Source: Candidatus Thorarchaeota archaeon
GTDB taxonomy: Archaea > Asgardarchaeota > Thorarchaeia > Thorarchaeales > Thorarchaeaceae
Assembly: GCA_020348985.1 (NCBI GenBank)
Contig: CP070761.1
Location: 424,920-441,879, forward strand
DNA length: 16,960 bases
Reading direction: 5' to 3'
How positions within the stretch are numbered: position 1 is the stretch's first letter; every line of letters begins with the position of its first letter. The translations under genes were made by a program, and so were the position numbers. This document shows, in pieces, positions 1 to 8,849 of the stretch. The notes beneath the pieces were generated by a model. The model had not been told where the DNA came from and did no database searches. It worked only from the letters and a program-made list of their open reading frames with translations.

Positions 1-2
1 AG

Positions 3-1385
3 ATGCAGAGAGCGGTCCGTTTGTCAGATGAGAGATACTCTCGTCTGTACCAGAGGTCTCCTATTGCATGCTTTACAGTGACATCTCAAGGTATCATACA
101 AGAGGCGAACCCTGCAGCTGAGCAACTACTTGGATACGACGTTTCGGAGATGTTGAAACGAAGCATATCCTCATTTCTTTCCGATGAGGAGGCCAAGAGG
201 GGGTTCGACAGACAAATCATATCTGAGGTGCTGCAAGGCAAGAACCCTGCTGGAATAGAGCTGCAAATGAAGCACAAGGATGGAGGGGGAGTCTGGGTTA
301 GTCTGACTGCAAGCGAGATTGGTGCAGATGTGGAATCGAGGATAGCCTTCATGGTGACTGACATAGAACGCCGAAAGACTGCAGAGCTAAGAGAGCAGAC
401 AGAGAGAGAAAGGGCCAGTCTGGTTCTTGAGATCATGACTCACGATATGAATAATGTCAACCAAAGTCTGCTCTTTGCCCTTGGATTGATAGAGACAAGT
501 GTAGAGCTTTCGCCTGAGCTTGAGACCGTCATAGCGGAGACGTCCTGGAATGTTAGAAGGGCGGCGAGGATGATTGCCAATCTAAAGGCTATCATAAGGA
601 TCATGGATCATAATATTCCTACTGCGCGATCAGATCTCTTCTCCCAGATTCAAGAAGCAACAAAGACTGTTGAAGCTGACTTGCCCTGGAAAACACTGAA
701 CGTTGAAACTGAGATATGTGCTGGCGACATCGAAGTTGTTGGTAACGAATATCTGGAAAGTGCGTTCTTCAACATAATTCACAATTCTGCGATGTTCGAC
801 TCATCGGAAGAAGTCCTGGTTGAGATATCGGTTGACGACCAAAGCACCAGTGATATGGTGAGGATAGAGGTGAGCGACCACGGACCAGGGATTCCCGATG
901 CGCTCAAAGAGTTGATATTCAAGAGAACAGGAAGGCCTGAGGGTCAAAAGGTTGGAAGGGGTCTAGGACTTACACTGGTCGATAGCATCATCAATGGCCT
1001 CGGAGGACGAATCTGGGTCGAGGACCGTGTTCCAGGTGATCACACACGGGGGGCAAAGTTTGTGGTCCTTCTGCCCAGGTGGCGCGAAGAGATAGTGTTG
1101 GAATGCGGGAAGGTCGGATGTATTCAATTCTACGTCTCTAGTCACTGTGTATTCTGTGACCCTGCTCTTGAGATTCTTTATGGAGTGATTGATGAAATGG
1201 GTGCGTCAAAGTCTCTTGTCGAAGTAATCGATGTTGACGATCCGACTTCGGGCGTCAAAGAAGGAGACCTTCCCAAGCTTCCGTGCATCAGAATCTGTGA
1301 TATGGAACTTACTGGATTCATAAATCACGACGAGGTTCGCAAGAGCATTCTTACGATGCTGCTTAGGCCGTGTTATCCCAAATGA
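3..1385 (+). CDS. PAS-domain sensor histidine kinase with C-terminal thioredoxin-like (CxxC) domain; probably 5'-truncated by the window edge
   Basis: PAS/PAC motifs (ANPAAEQLLGY, KHKDGGGVWVSL, TDIERRK); H-box THDMNN; N-box FFNIIHNS; G1 SDHGPGIP; G2 GRGLGL; tail FYVSSHCVFCDPA...IDVDD...KLPCI. Confidence 0.9.
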   Translation: MQRAVRLSDERYSRLYQRSPIACFTVTSQGIIQEANPAAEQLLGYDVSEMLKRSISSFLSDEEAKRGFDRQIISEVLQGKNPAGIELQMKHKDGGGVWVSLTASEIGADVESRIAFMVTDIERRKTAELREQTERERASLVLEIMTHDMNNVNQSLLFALGLIETSVELSPELETVIAETSWNVRRAARMIANLKAIIRIMDHNIPTARSDLFSQIQEATKTVEADLPWKTLNVETEICAGDIEVVGNEYLESAFFNIIHNSAMFDSSEEVLVEISVDDQSTSDMVRIEVSDHGPGIPDALKELIFKRTGRPEGQKVGRGLGLTLVDSIINGLGGRIWVEDRVPGDHTRGAKFVVLLPRWREEIVLECGKVGCIQFYVSSHCVFCDPALEILYGVIDEMGASKSLVEVIDVDDPTSGVKEGDLPKLPCIRICDMELTGFINHDEVRKSILTMLLRPCYPK

Positions 1386-1438
1386 GAGTTTCGCAACCAT
1401 TATTGGCCAGGAAGCCCGTCAGACTCGCGTTGATTTGA

Positions 1439-2386
1439 ATGCCTGAGTTTGGTATACAGATTGAACCACAATTTGGATACGACTTCAAAGAAGTCATGGA
1501 GATTGCGAGAATCGGGAGAGGGCATGGCTTCTCGACTCTCTGGTTCTCAGACCATTTCATGCTTGATGCTGACGCGACGCAGAATGTTCTGTTAGACCCT
1601 TGGCTGCTGATGACTGCCTTGGTAATGTTAGACAAGAAGATACGCGTAGGAAGCTTAGTGTTCTGTAATAGCTACAGACAGCCTGCCCTCCACGCCAAAA
1701 TGGCGGCCACGCTTGATGTTCTCTCTGAAGGTCGGCTTGAGTTTGGGTTTGGTGCTGGATGGAAGAAGATTGAGTATAATGCATATGGATACCAGTTCCC
1801 TCCATACCTTACTCGCATTGAGCAGATGGAAGAGGCAGTGGAAATCATCAAGGGTATCTGGCGTGAAGAGAAGTTCTCATTCGAAGGAAAGCACTACAGA
1901 ATCAAGGATGCTGTGTCATTTCCGAAACCCGTACAAAAGCCACGGCCGACGATTTGGATTGGGACCAATAGAGGCGGAGACCACATGATCGAGTCTATCG
2001 CAAAACACGGTGATGGAATCAACTTCGCATGGGGCTTCTCAGCCCAGCAGCTCGAGATGGCATTTGGCAAAATGGAAGGTTTCGCCTCCAAGTCAGGAAG
2101 AGAACCATCGGAAATCAAACGTTCTGTGGGTCTCTGGACGGGCGTGTTCGCAGACGAAGACGAGATGGAAAAGAAGCTGGCTGAGCGTGCAGAGAAAAGA
2201 GACATCTCACTAGAAGAGTATCGAGCGCGTGTTGCATCTTCATTTTGGGGAACACCGGACATGCTTGTCGAGAAACTCAGGGACTTCCTAGCTCTAGACA
2301 TAAGTCACTTCATCTTCATGTTTCCTTACGAAGAAGAGAAGAAACAAGCCAGAATGCTGGGAGAGAAGGTTCTCAAGAGAATCTGA
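1439..2386 (+). CDS. LLM-class (luciferase-like), probably F420-dependent oxidoreductase
   Basis: Motifs WFSDHF, LDPW, AKMAATLDVLSEGRLEFGFGAGW, PKPVQKPRPTIWIG, GTPD. Confidence 0.9.
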   Translation: MPEFGIQIEPQFGYDFKEVMEIARIGRGHGFSTLWFSDHFMLDADATQNVLLDPWLLMTALVMLDKKIRVGSLVFCNSYRQPALHAKMAATLDVLSEGRLEFGFGAGWKKIEYNAYGYQFPPYLTRIEQMEEAVEIIKGIWREEKFSFEGKHYRIKDAVSFPKPVQKPRPTIWIGTNRGGDHMIESIAKHGDGINFAWGFSAQQLEMAFGKMEGFASKSGREPSEIKRSVGLWTGVFADEDEMEKKLAERAEKRDISLEEYRARVASSFWGTPDMLVEKLRDFLALDISHFIFMFPYEEEKKQARMLGEKVLKRI

Positions 2387-2409
2387 GAAGTCCAATCGAA
2401 CGTACTCTA

Positions 2410-4935
2410 CTAGCTTCGTGTGCTCTGAATGAAGGCACGAGTCTTCGAGTGTTCTTTTTCCCACCGACGACGTTCAGATCGTAGTTTGAACAAGTCAACA
2501 TCCTTGAAGGTGAGTCCCTCTTTCCTTGCTTCAATTTCATATTCTGTTCGCTCTCGCTCTGGAGTGTAGATGAACGAGTTTCCAAATTCGGCTATGTTGG
2601 CGAAGAAGCAATAGGCGTAGATTGAGCGTCTCGAGTCGAAGTGAACAGCCTTGAAGTCCGCTGTGACTGGAGTGAAGGCGGGATTCAAAATGATGTCAAT
2701 GGGTGGTTCACTGTTCTTCAGTTCAACCCGCAAGTCAAGATCAAGAAAGTCTCGACAGATAGCGATGGCAATCCTTCCATACTCTGTATCTGACACGATG
2801 ATTTGCTGTGGAAGTTTGTCTGCTTTGATTCCCTCTTCGATTCTGTTATCACCATAATGGATGATTGCAGGAGTATGCTTTACTTGCTCCCATAACAAGC
2901 CCTTCGGACCGAACACGCTGCTGATGTTTCGACTTGTCTTGGCATCGTGATACGAACCGGGTACGATGTACATCTTGTGTTGCGAGGCGAGGTCTAGAAT
3001 TGTCTGGTGGAGGGATTGATGGTTCAAGTCGATGCTCAATTCAGGGAATAGAAGGATGTTCACCTTGTTGTCAGCGGCCTCTTTCACCAAATCGATCACG
3101 CGGTTCTTAATCAGTTCCACTTTATCTTCCTGTAGATTGAAGATTCCCGGAGTACTCTCAGAATAGAACTCCTCAAGGAATCTGCCACTCTCACTCATAC
3201 CAATCTGTGCGATTCCAACTCGACACATTTCGCCGGGTGTCTTCTGTTCCTTCTTCAGGAGGTCCTTATGGACAACCGAGAACCTCCTTACGGTCTCAAA
3301 CTTCTTTTCCAGAATGCTCGTCACCGTGTCGGTGATGTACTCCTTCAAGTGTAGAAGCTCGATTTGCTCTTGGATTGATGAGTTCTGAATAAAGAGAGCT
3401 TTCCATTCCTCTAATTGACTTGAGAGGAGCTTTTGCTGCTTCTCGACTTTGCGAGTGAGAAGGTCCAGACCCTTCTCTTCCGCGATTGTATGAGCTCGAT
3501 CAAGTAGGAATCTTGCATTTTCAGCGTCTCCTTCAATAGCAGCTAGTCTTGCTTGGAGAATATACAGCCAGATCAGTGACGAAATTGAACGCTGTTTGCT
3601 TGCGGTCTCTGAGATTCTCTCCAATACCTGTTGGAGTTCTTTGAGGACATCTTCTTCTCCATACTGCCTCAATTCATCTAGCAGCAAGTCGCCGAGATTG
3701 ACCTGAATAAACAACTCCATTTCATAGTCGAATTTCTCGTCGATGACCTCTTCGTAGAGCTCTTGAGCTCTCGCTTTGTCCTTGGCGCGAGTTTTGCTTT
3801 GGAGGATGAAGGCTTCAGTTGTTTTAGTGAAAACGTCCAGCCACGGATACCTCTCTGCAGCTTGCTTGATATCGTCAATGTGGACTTGGAGTTGACTGGT
3901 ATCACCCATCTCGAGCTTCGCATAAACACTGTAGAGATTCGCGACAGTGATTTCGTAGTCAATTACCGTGTTCCGGAATTTGCATCTTGCTTTGTGTAGA
4001 TCAAGACCCTTTTGAAGAGTCGCTACTGCCTCTTCGAGTTGGTTCTGGTAGAGGTAGATTGTTCCAATATCTCTGAATGCAACGCAATAACTGTGAGGCA
4101 AGAGGTGGCTTTCTGCAGCGGCCGCTTCATAACTTGACAGGACGCGCTGGTAGTAGCTCATAGCTTGCTCATACTCACCCTTACTTCTGTGGACCGATGC
4201 AAGCACAAGGTACATGAAAGATAGACCCTCTTCATGGTCCAGTTCTTCAAAGATTTCTTTGCCTATGGCCGCATGATGTTCAGCTTGGTCAAGGTCTCCC
4301 ATATAGAAGTAGATGAACGCGATGTTGAAGTTCGACCATCCAAGGTATCGTCTCTCTCCAAGCTCTTCACTGATTCTGAATTGACGGTTAGAGTACTCCA
4401 GGGCTTCATCGAGTAGACCCTGAGCTCGATATATCCAACTGATGTTGATTACTTGAATCAGTTGCTCATATTTCTCATCGGCTTCTTCGAATAGAGCCGC
4501 GGCTTGCTCGTAGCATTCAATGGCCTTTTCTTGGTCTCCGGAGATTATCTGAAGCATCCCCTGTGTAGACAAGAGGTGTCCTTCCCACCGCTTGACCTTG
4601 TCTCTTTCTGACTTCTTCATCTGGCCCAGAATCTGTTCACATTGATTAACTTCACCGAATGCCTCAAGATAGCTCTTCATCGCAAGCGAAACCAGGATCT
4701 TCCCAACCTTGGCTGTGAACTCTTGCGATGGATTCAAGCCCTCTTCAGAGAGGAGTTCGTCTACGACTTCTACCGCCTTTTCGAAGTCTTTCTGTTTCGA
4801 GTACACAATTCCCTTGTAGATTTGTCCTTCAATCCGGTCGCCATCCGGGAGCTTGGGAATCTCCTCTAGCGCTTCTCCGAATCTCCTTTGTAGAATCATT
4901 TCTCTAATTAGGTCTAGCGTCACTGCTAATCCCAC
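2410..4935 (-). CDS. TPR-repeat protein fused to a C-terminal carbon-nitrogen hydrolase (nitrilase-superfamily) domain
   Basis: About 540 aa of TPR-like helical repeats (e.g. GDQEKAIECYEQA, GEYEQAMSYYQRVL), then RVGIAQ, LFPEL (Glu), QVKH (Lys), AICRD (Cys) catalytic-triad motifs. The start could instead be GTG at 4923, which follows a GGAG. Confidence 0.85.
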   Translation of the reverse strand: MGLAVTLDLIREMILQRRFGEALEEIPKLPDGDRIEGQIYKGIVYSKQKDFEKAVEVVDELLSEEGLNPSQEFTAKVGKILVSLAMKSYLEAFGEVNQCEQILGQMKKSERDKVKRWEGHLLSTQGMLQIISGDQEKAIECYEQAAALFEEADEKYEQLIQVINISWIYRAQGLLDEALEYSNRQFRISEELGERRYLGWSNFNIAFIYFYMGDLDQAEHHAAIGKEIFEELDHEEGLSFMYLVLASVHRSKGEYEQAMSYYQRVLSSYEAAAAESHLLPHSYCVAFRDIGTIYLYQNQLEEAVATLQKGLDLHKARCKFRNTVIDYEITVANLYSVYAKLEMGDTSQLQVHIDDIKQAAERYPWLDVFTKTTEAFILQSKTRAKDKARAQELYEEVIDEKFDYEMELFIQVNLGDLLLDELRQYGEEDVLKELQQVLERISETASKQRSISSLIWLYILQARLAAIEGDAENARFLLDRAHTIAEEKGLDLLTRKVEKQQKLLSSQLEEWKALFIQNSSIQEQIELLHLKEYITDTVTSILEKKFETVRRFSVVHKDLLKKEQKTPGEMCRVGIAQIGMSESGRFLEEFYSESTPGIFNLQEDKVELIKNRVIDLVKEAADNKVNILLFPELSIDLNHQSLHQTILDLASQHKMYIVPGSYHDAKTSRNISSVFGPKGLLWEQVKHTPAIIHYGDNRIEEGIKADKLPQQIIVSDTEYGRIAIAICRDFLDLDLRVELKNSEPPIDIILNPAFTPVTADFKAVHFDSRRSIYAYCFFANIAEFGNSFIYTPERERTEYEIEARKEGLTFKDVDLFKLRSERRRWEKEHSKTRAFIQSTRS

Positions 4936-5030
4936 TCCCAGTAAAACACACTAGGACCAGAAACTACCCAAATTGTTGGTCTACAAACAGTTTATTCAAC
5001 CTTTTGAAAGAAGGGTAAGAGAGAATAGCC

Positions 5031-5072
5031 AAAAAGAAGGAAATGAGGAGTCGGAGAGAATCCCCAACTCCT
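5031..5072 (-). terminator. Hairpin plus U-rich tract downstream of the DsrE gene
   Basis: Minus strand AGGAGUUGGGGA-UUC-UCUCCGACUCCU (12 bp including 2 G-U pairs), followed by CAUUUCCUUCUUUUU. Confidence 0.65.
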
Positions 5073-5433
5073 AGAAGAACATGGTTCTGTCGTAGTTGAG
5101 TGAGTCATCTATCATTGTGGCGGCGCCAGCAATTGAGATTCTCTCATCGCGAAGTTCACTCTCTTTCAATCCGCGGAACTCGGTTGAGTTTGAGCACAGC
5201 TCGATCTTGCCTCCCTCTTCCAGAAACATATCAATCAGTTCCGGCAGAGGAGGAAAGCCGGGAGCCTTGACCTTCTCAGCAATACCTTTCTTCATCAACC
5301 AGACTGCATCCATCATTAGGAAGATCTTCACATCGACCTCCTGGGATTGCGCGGTTGTACCAGTTACAAAGGGACCATAGCACCGCTCAGCTACCTCAGG
5401 ACCCCATTGTCCGACGATGTAAATTGAAGCCAT
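5071..5433 (-). CDS. DsrE/DsrF-like family sulfur-relay protein
   Basis: VKIFLMMDAVWL, GGKIELCSNS (conserved Cys), IAGAATMID. ATG at 5433 is preceded by GGAGG. Confidence 0.85.
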   Translation of the reverse strand: MASIYIVGQWGPEVAERCYGPFVTGTTAQSQEVDVKIFLMMDAVWLMKKGIAEKVKAPGFPPLPELIDMFLEEGGKIELCSNSTEFRGLKESELRDERISIAGAATMIDDSLNYDRTMFF

Positions 5434-5452
5434 CTTTTGTTTCCTCCAAGAT

Positions 5453-5827
5453 CTACAGGAGTATAAGCTCACCGTAATACAGGACAGAGCCAAGCAGAAG
5501 GAAGAGTGTCAATATAAGATTGGTAATGTGGGAGTTGTGGATTGGCCCACCCTGCATTGTCTTTAGTAGTATAGGTAGCACAGTGACAAACTCGAGAAGA
5601 GTAGCCAGGAGTATTAGTGCTAGGTTAACCAAGAGCAAGTAGTAGACGAAGTCAGGCAAGAACAGGAACACAATGAAGGACCCAATCGATACCATCATTG
5701 CAAGCATGATGAACATCACCTGCGTCATCAGATGGTATCCCATCCTCATCGCGAGCTGATAGCCTGACAGCATCGTACTAATGTTCAGACCAATGAGAAC
5801 TAGCAATAGAAGTTCAAGAACTGCCAT
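5453..5827 (-). CDS. Small integral membrane protein (about 4 TM helices), function unknown
   Basis: Four hydrophobic segments; GGTGAG SD before the ATG; 19 nt upstream of DsrE, so likely co-transcribed. Confidence 0.7.
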   Translation of the reverse strand: MAVLELLLLVLIGLNISTMLSGYQLAMRMGYHLMTQVMFIMLAMMVSIGSFIVFLFLPDFVYYLLLVNLALILLATLLEFVTVLPILLKTMQGGPIHNSHITNLILTLFLLLGSVLYYGELILL

Positions 5828-5983
5828 GGTGTCTCACCGTATTGACGCGCGCCATGAATGATGTATAATAAGAATGTTGGATGAGGAACTGGAATTGTTT
5901 CGAGCTGTAACCATTCTTTGGGATAACAGGCCTCTTTGAAAAGGGAAATCTTGTTGGCGTACCAAAACTGATAATAACCAATC

Positions 5984-6004
5984 AATCACGGCTGCGCCGT
6001 GATT
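5984..6004. promoter_or_regulatory. Perfect 9-bp inverted repeat immediately upstream of the tusA start
   Basis: AATCACGGC-TGC-GCCGTGATT, ending 5 nt before the ATG at 6010, in a divergent intergenic region. Confidence 0.45.
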
Positions 6005-6009
6005 CCACA

Positions 6010-6249
6010 ATGACAACCATTGAAGTTTCCAGGGAGTTTGATGCCAGCGGACTACGATGTCCTATGCCAGTTCTGAAAGCAAAGAAAGAAATCAAGGAGA
6101 TTGAGGTCGGCCAAGTACTGAAAGTAATTGCCACTGATGTTGGGACTAAGAAGGACTTCCCATCTCTTGCGAAGAGAACAGGAATCGAGATTCTAGAGAT
6201 GGTCGAAGAAGGCGATAGAATCATTTGGTACCTAAAGCGTACTGAATAG
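6010..6249 (+). CDS. tusA: TusA/SirA-family sulfur carrier
   Basis: FDASGLRCPMPVLKAKK (CPxP motif), GQVLKVIATD, 79 aa. Confidence 0.9.
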   Translation: MTTIEVSREFDASGLRCPMPVLKAKKEIKEIEVGQVLKVIATDVGTKKDFPSLAKRTGIEILEMVEEGDRIIWYLKRTE

Positions 6250-6353
6250 AACGCAGAACCCAGGTCTTGCCTCAATTGGTAAGACACTCGTGTCTCTGAT
6301 TTTGTGCTTAGTAGCTCTTGTTTGACCCAAAGGCATGTAGGAAACACACTAAT

Positions 6354-6782
6354 ATGGGAGTTCAATCCAAGTCGGCAGAGGTGTTCCCACTGACAGTAAT
6401 GGACCACATCGAGGACCTACTACGCAAGCTCGACATGAAATTCAACCGTGAGGACAAGCTAATTGAGATGCGTTGGAAAACGGACCACTTTGAGGATCTG
6501 AAGCTCAGAATCTTCCCGAATGACAACGAGAGTTGGCTGTACATCGTTGCACCGTTTCAAAGCTTCTACGATGTCGAAGAGTCGAAGAGAGCGCAGTTTG
6601 CTTATGATATGCTGAAAGCGTCATGGCAAGCAAACGGAGTAAAGTTCGCAATTGAGGACAATGAAAGGATTGTTGTCATTGCGGAAACCAACGATACTGA
6701 CATCACTCCTGATGAGCTGAGGGTCTTAGTAGGTCATGTTGTTCACGCATGTGATGTTCTATATCAGATCTATCCAACATGA
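6354..6782 (+). CDS. YbjN-like / type III secretion chaperone-fold protein
   Basis: Size and pattern (IEDLLRKLDMKF...WLYI...LKASWQANGVKFAIED...DITPDEL) resemble the YbjN fold. Start uncertain (6354 or 6399). Confidence 0.55.
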   Translation: MGVQSKSAEVFPLTVMDHIEDLLRKLDMKFNREDKLIEMRWKTDHFEDLKLRIFPNDNESWLYIVAPFQSFYDVEESKRAQFAYDMLKASWQANGVKFAIEDNERIVVIAETNDTDITPDELRVLVGHVVHACDVLYQIYPT

Positions 6783-6817
6783 ACTTGGTTTCTTCAGTGA
6801 CACTCAAGACGGCTATC

Positions 6818-6862
6818 GACACAGCCCGGTAGTAGATCCCAACCGGGTGTTGTGTTCTTTTT
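6818..6862 (+). terminator. Hairpin plus U-tract after the YbjN-like gene
   Basis: GACACAG-CCCGGU...ACCGGG-UG-UUGUGUU stem followed by CUUUUU. Confidence 0.6.
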
Positions 6863-6901
6863 CATGACGACAGCTTCATAAGACTCACAAGTAGGACTAT
6901 C

Positions 6902-7456
6902 GTGGTGCGACGCTTGACTGCAGACACGGATGAACCCATTCTTCCTCCAGAGAATAGGGAACGACTCATTTACATCCTTCATCCAAAGCGCGCATCGTTC
7001 ATCATCAACTACGTTGTTGGAGCCACTGCATTCATTATCGGGCTGGCATTCTTCGTTGCCAGTTCTGGTCAGATTGTTGAGTATTCACTGTATGCATGGA
7101 TTCTAGGAAACTCTGCTCTCATATTTGCAGTTGTCCTTGTTTCATTGACTGAGGCAAGGCGTCGATATACACTCTACATCATAACTACTTGGAATCTACG
7201 CGTGCGTACCGGCTACTTCCGACGAAAGACTCACAAGATATACCTCGATGAGATCGGAAAGGTTGAGATCACAGCTGAACCAGAGGAACGAGTTGTCGGA
7301 ATGGGTAACGTGGAGATTTTCAAGAAGGGATTCGAGCTAGAGCCGGACTTGATTTTCACCGAAATACACAATCCGGATGGAATTCGTGAGCTCATTCTGC
7401 GACTGATAAAGACGACTCCAGATGTTCCAGAATGGGCCTACATCGACCACGACTAG
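6902..7456 (+). CDS. Membrane protein with a bacterial PH-like (bPH_2/YdbS-type) domain
   Basis: Two TM helices, then YIITTWNLRVRTGYF...IYLDEI...ERVVGMGNVEI...IHNPD. Confidence 0.75.
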   Translation: MVRRLTADTDEPILPPENRERLIYILHPKRASFIINYVVGATAFIIGLAFFVASSGQIVEYSLYAWILGNSALIFAVVLVSLTEARRRYTLYIITTWNLRVRTGYFRRKTHKIYLDEIGKVEITAEPEERVVGMGNVEIFKKGFELEPDLIFTEIHNPDGIRELILRLIKTTPDVPEWAYIDHD

Positions 7457-7545
7457 AATCCAGGTAAAAGAACTCATTGCTTTAATCATATCCCCGTGAT
7501 ACTAGAGCTAATCAGACGAGACTGATGTGTTATCCTAGAACCAGG

Positions 7546-8130
7546 ATGAAAGACGCTAATGATTCCAGTGCACGAATGACGCTGCGGCTTGCCGGGACGT
7601 TCCAAGAGGTACGAGATATCTGGTCAAAGCGGCTGGAATCCTATTTCTCCCAGCTCGAGTCATTAATAGATGGCCAGTGGCTCGACGCAACTGACATGAG
7701 GGGTATCATCAAGGAATCGAGACTGGCGTCAAGAGAAGCAATGGAGGGTCTCGGTAACGATCTAAGCTCTGAATTGGTTCATGCCACACGAGGAATTGCA
7801 GAACGATTCGATGCAGAAAGGATTTCGCTGCGCCAAGAAATCGATGACCTCAGGCAGTCACTTGGAAGAGCTCTATCAGGCGATGAGAGTAGCATTCGAC
7901 GGGAAAACGAAGCGATGAGGTCGACACTTCTGATGTTTCCAGAATTCTGTCTTCTTACCATCGTAAAGAAGCTTGGCGAGGCAACCTACGAAGAGCTCGG
8001 AAACGCATCAGTCACAAAGAAGGGGAAGCTCAGGGGTCTTGTAAAGTCATTGGCTCAGAAGGGTTTTGTCACCATAGACAAGAAACGAAGACCACACAGG
8101 ATTGTCTTCATATCGTCACCATGGGCATGA
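7546..8130 (+). CDS. Coiled-coil protein with a C-terminal winged-helix domain
   Basis: Helical/heptad N-terminal region (LRQEIDDLRQSL); C-terminal LLTIVKKLGEATYEELG...LVKSLAQKGFVTI wHTH pattern. Start uncertain (7525, 7546 or 7576). Confidence 0.6.
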   Translation: MKDANDSSARMTLRLAGTFQEVRDIWSKRLESYFSQLESLIDGQWLDATDMRGIIKESRLASREAMEGLGNDLSSELVHATRGIAERFDAERISLRQEIDDLRQSLGRALSGDESSIRRENEAMRSTLLMFPEFCLLTIVKKLGEATYEELGNASVTKKGKLRGLVKSLAQKGFVTIDKKRRPHRIVFISSPWA

Positions 8131-8247
8131 CTGACTCGATGCAGAAGTAGATCAGAAGCATCCCAACCGTTTTTGCCTCATGGCGAACTTTATTTAGAAT
8201 CGGATGTGAATCGAATGTGCACAACCGTAACAGTTGAGGATAGACAA

Positions 8248-8826
8248 ATGCAGACAGAAAAGATGCTAGTTCTAGGATTCATGGTTGTTCTTGTATCAAT
8301 TGGAATTCTGATTGGTGCCTCTTTCCTCACATTTGCGCCAGCCGGAAACGGCAACGGCGGTACAACCACAACATCTGCAACAATCTATGAAGACACCTAC
8401 CTTGAGAGCCTCGACCTCCATGTTCCTGATTGGAACTTCCTGATGTCCGATGACGAGCTAATATCTATCCAAGACTATGAAGGGCAGTTCGTAGTCGTCG
8501 ACCTTATGGCAACGTGGTGCACAACGTGCGCATTCCAAAATGGGAACTTCGAAACTCTCTATGACAACATGGCCGGCGATATCGAGATTCTGTCTCTTAC
8601 TGTAGATGTCTCAGAGACAGTCTCAATGATGGCGAACTACAAGTCCACCAAAGGACTGGATTGGCCGCATGGACTCGATACGAACAGGCAATTCACCAAC
8701 TATTTCAGCGTGTCAACGATTCCCACTATCGTCGTCATTGATAATGAAGGGCGATTCAGATGGATGCACATTGGGATCTGGTCAGTTGATGATATGACCC
8801 AGACTCTATCCGCCATGATGCCCTAG
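8248..8826 (+). CDS. Membrane-anchored TlpA/ResA-like thiol-disulfide oxidoreductase
   Basis: N-terminal TM helix, G/T-rich linker, VVVDLMATWCTTC, cis-Pro TIPTIVVID; GAGGA SD before the ATG at 8248. Confidence 0.88.
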   Translation: MQTEKMLVLGFMVVLVSIGILIGASFLTFAPAGNGNGGTTTTSATIYEDTYLESLDLHVPDWNFLMSDDELISIQDYEGQFVVVDLMATWCTTCAFQNGNFETLYDNMAGDIEILSLTVDVSETVSMMANYKSTKGLDWPHGLDTNRQFTNYFSVSTIPTIVVIDNEGRFRWMHIGIWSVDDMTQTLSAMMP

Positions 8827-8849
8827 AAGTTCAACGGTTGTAACTGAGT

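Noticed and set aside
5434-5493. N-terminal extension of DsrE in the ORF track
   Set aside because: It overlaps the upstream gene, and a clear GGAGG SD precedes the ATG at 5433
5800-6016. Two 60-aa minus-strand ORFs between the membrane gene and tusA
   Set aside because: No recognisable motifs; they span a divergent promoter region
8164-8843. Recurring CAACCGT motif around the tlpA-like gene (8164, 8222, and inverted near 8836)
   Set aside because: Only 7-8 bp, compatible with chance
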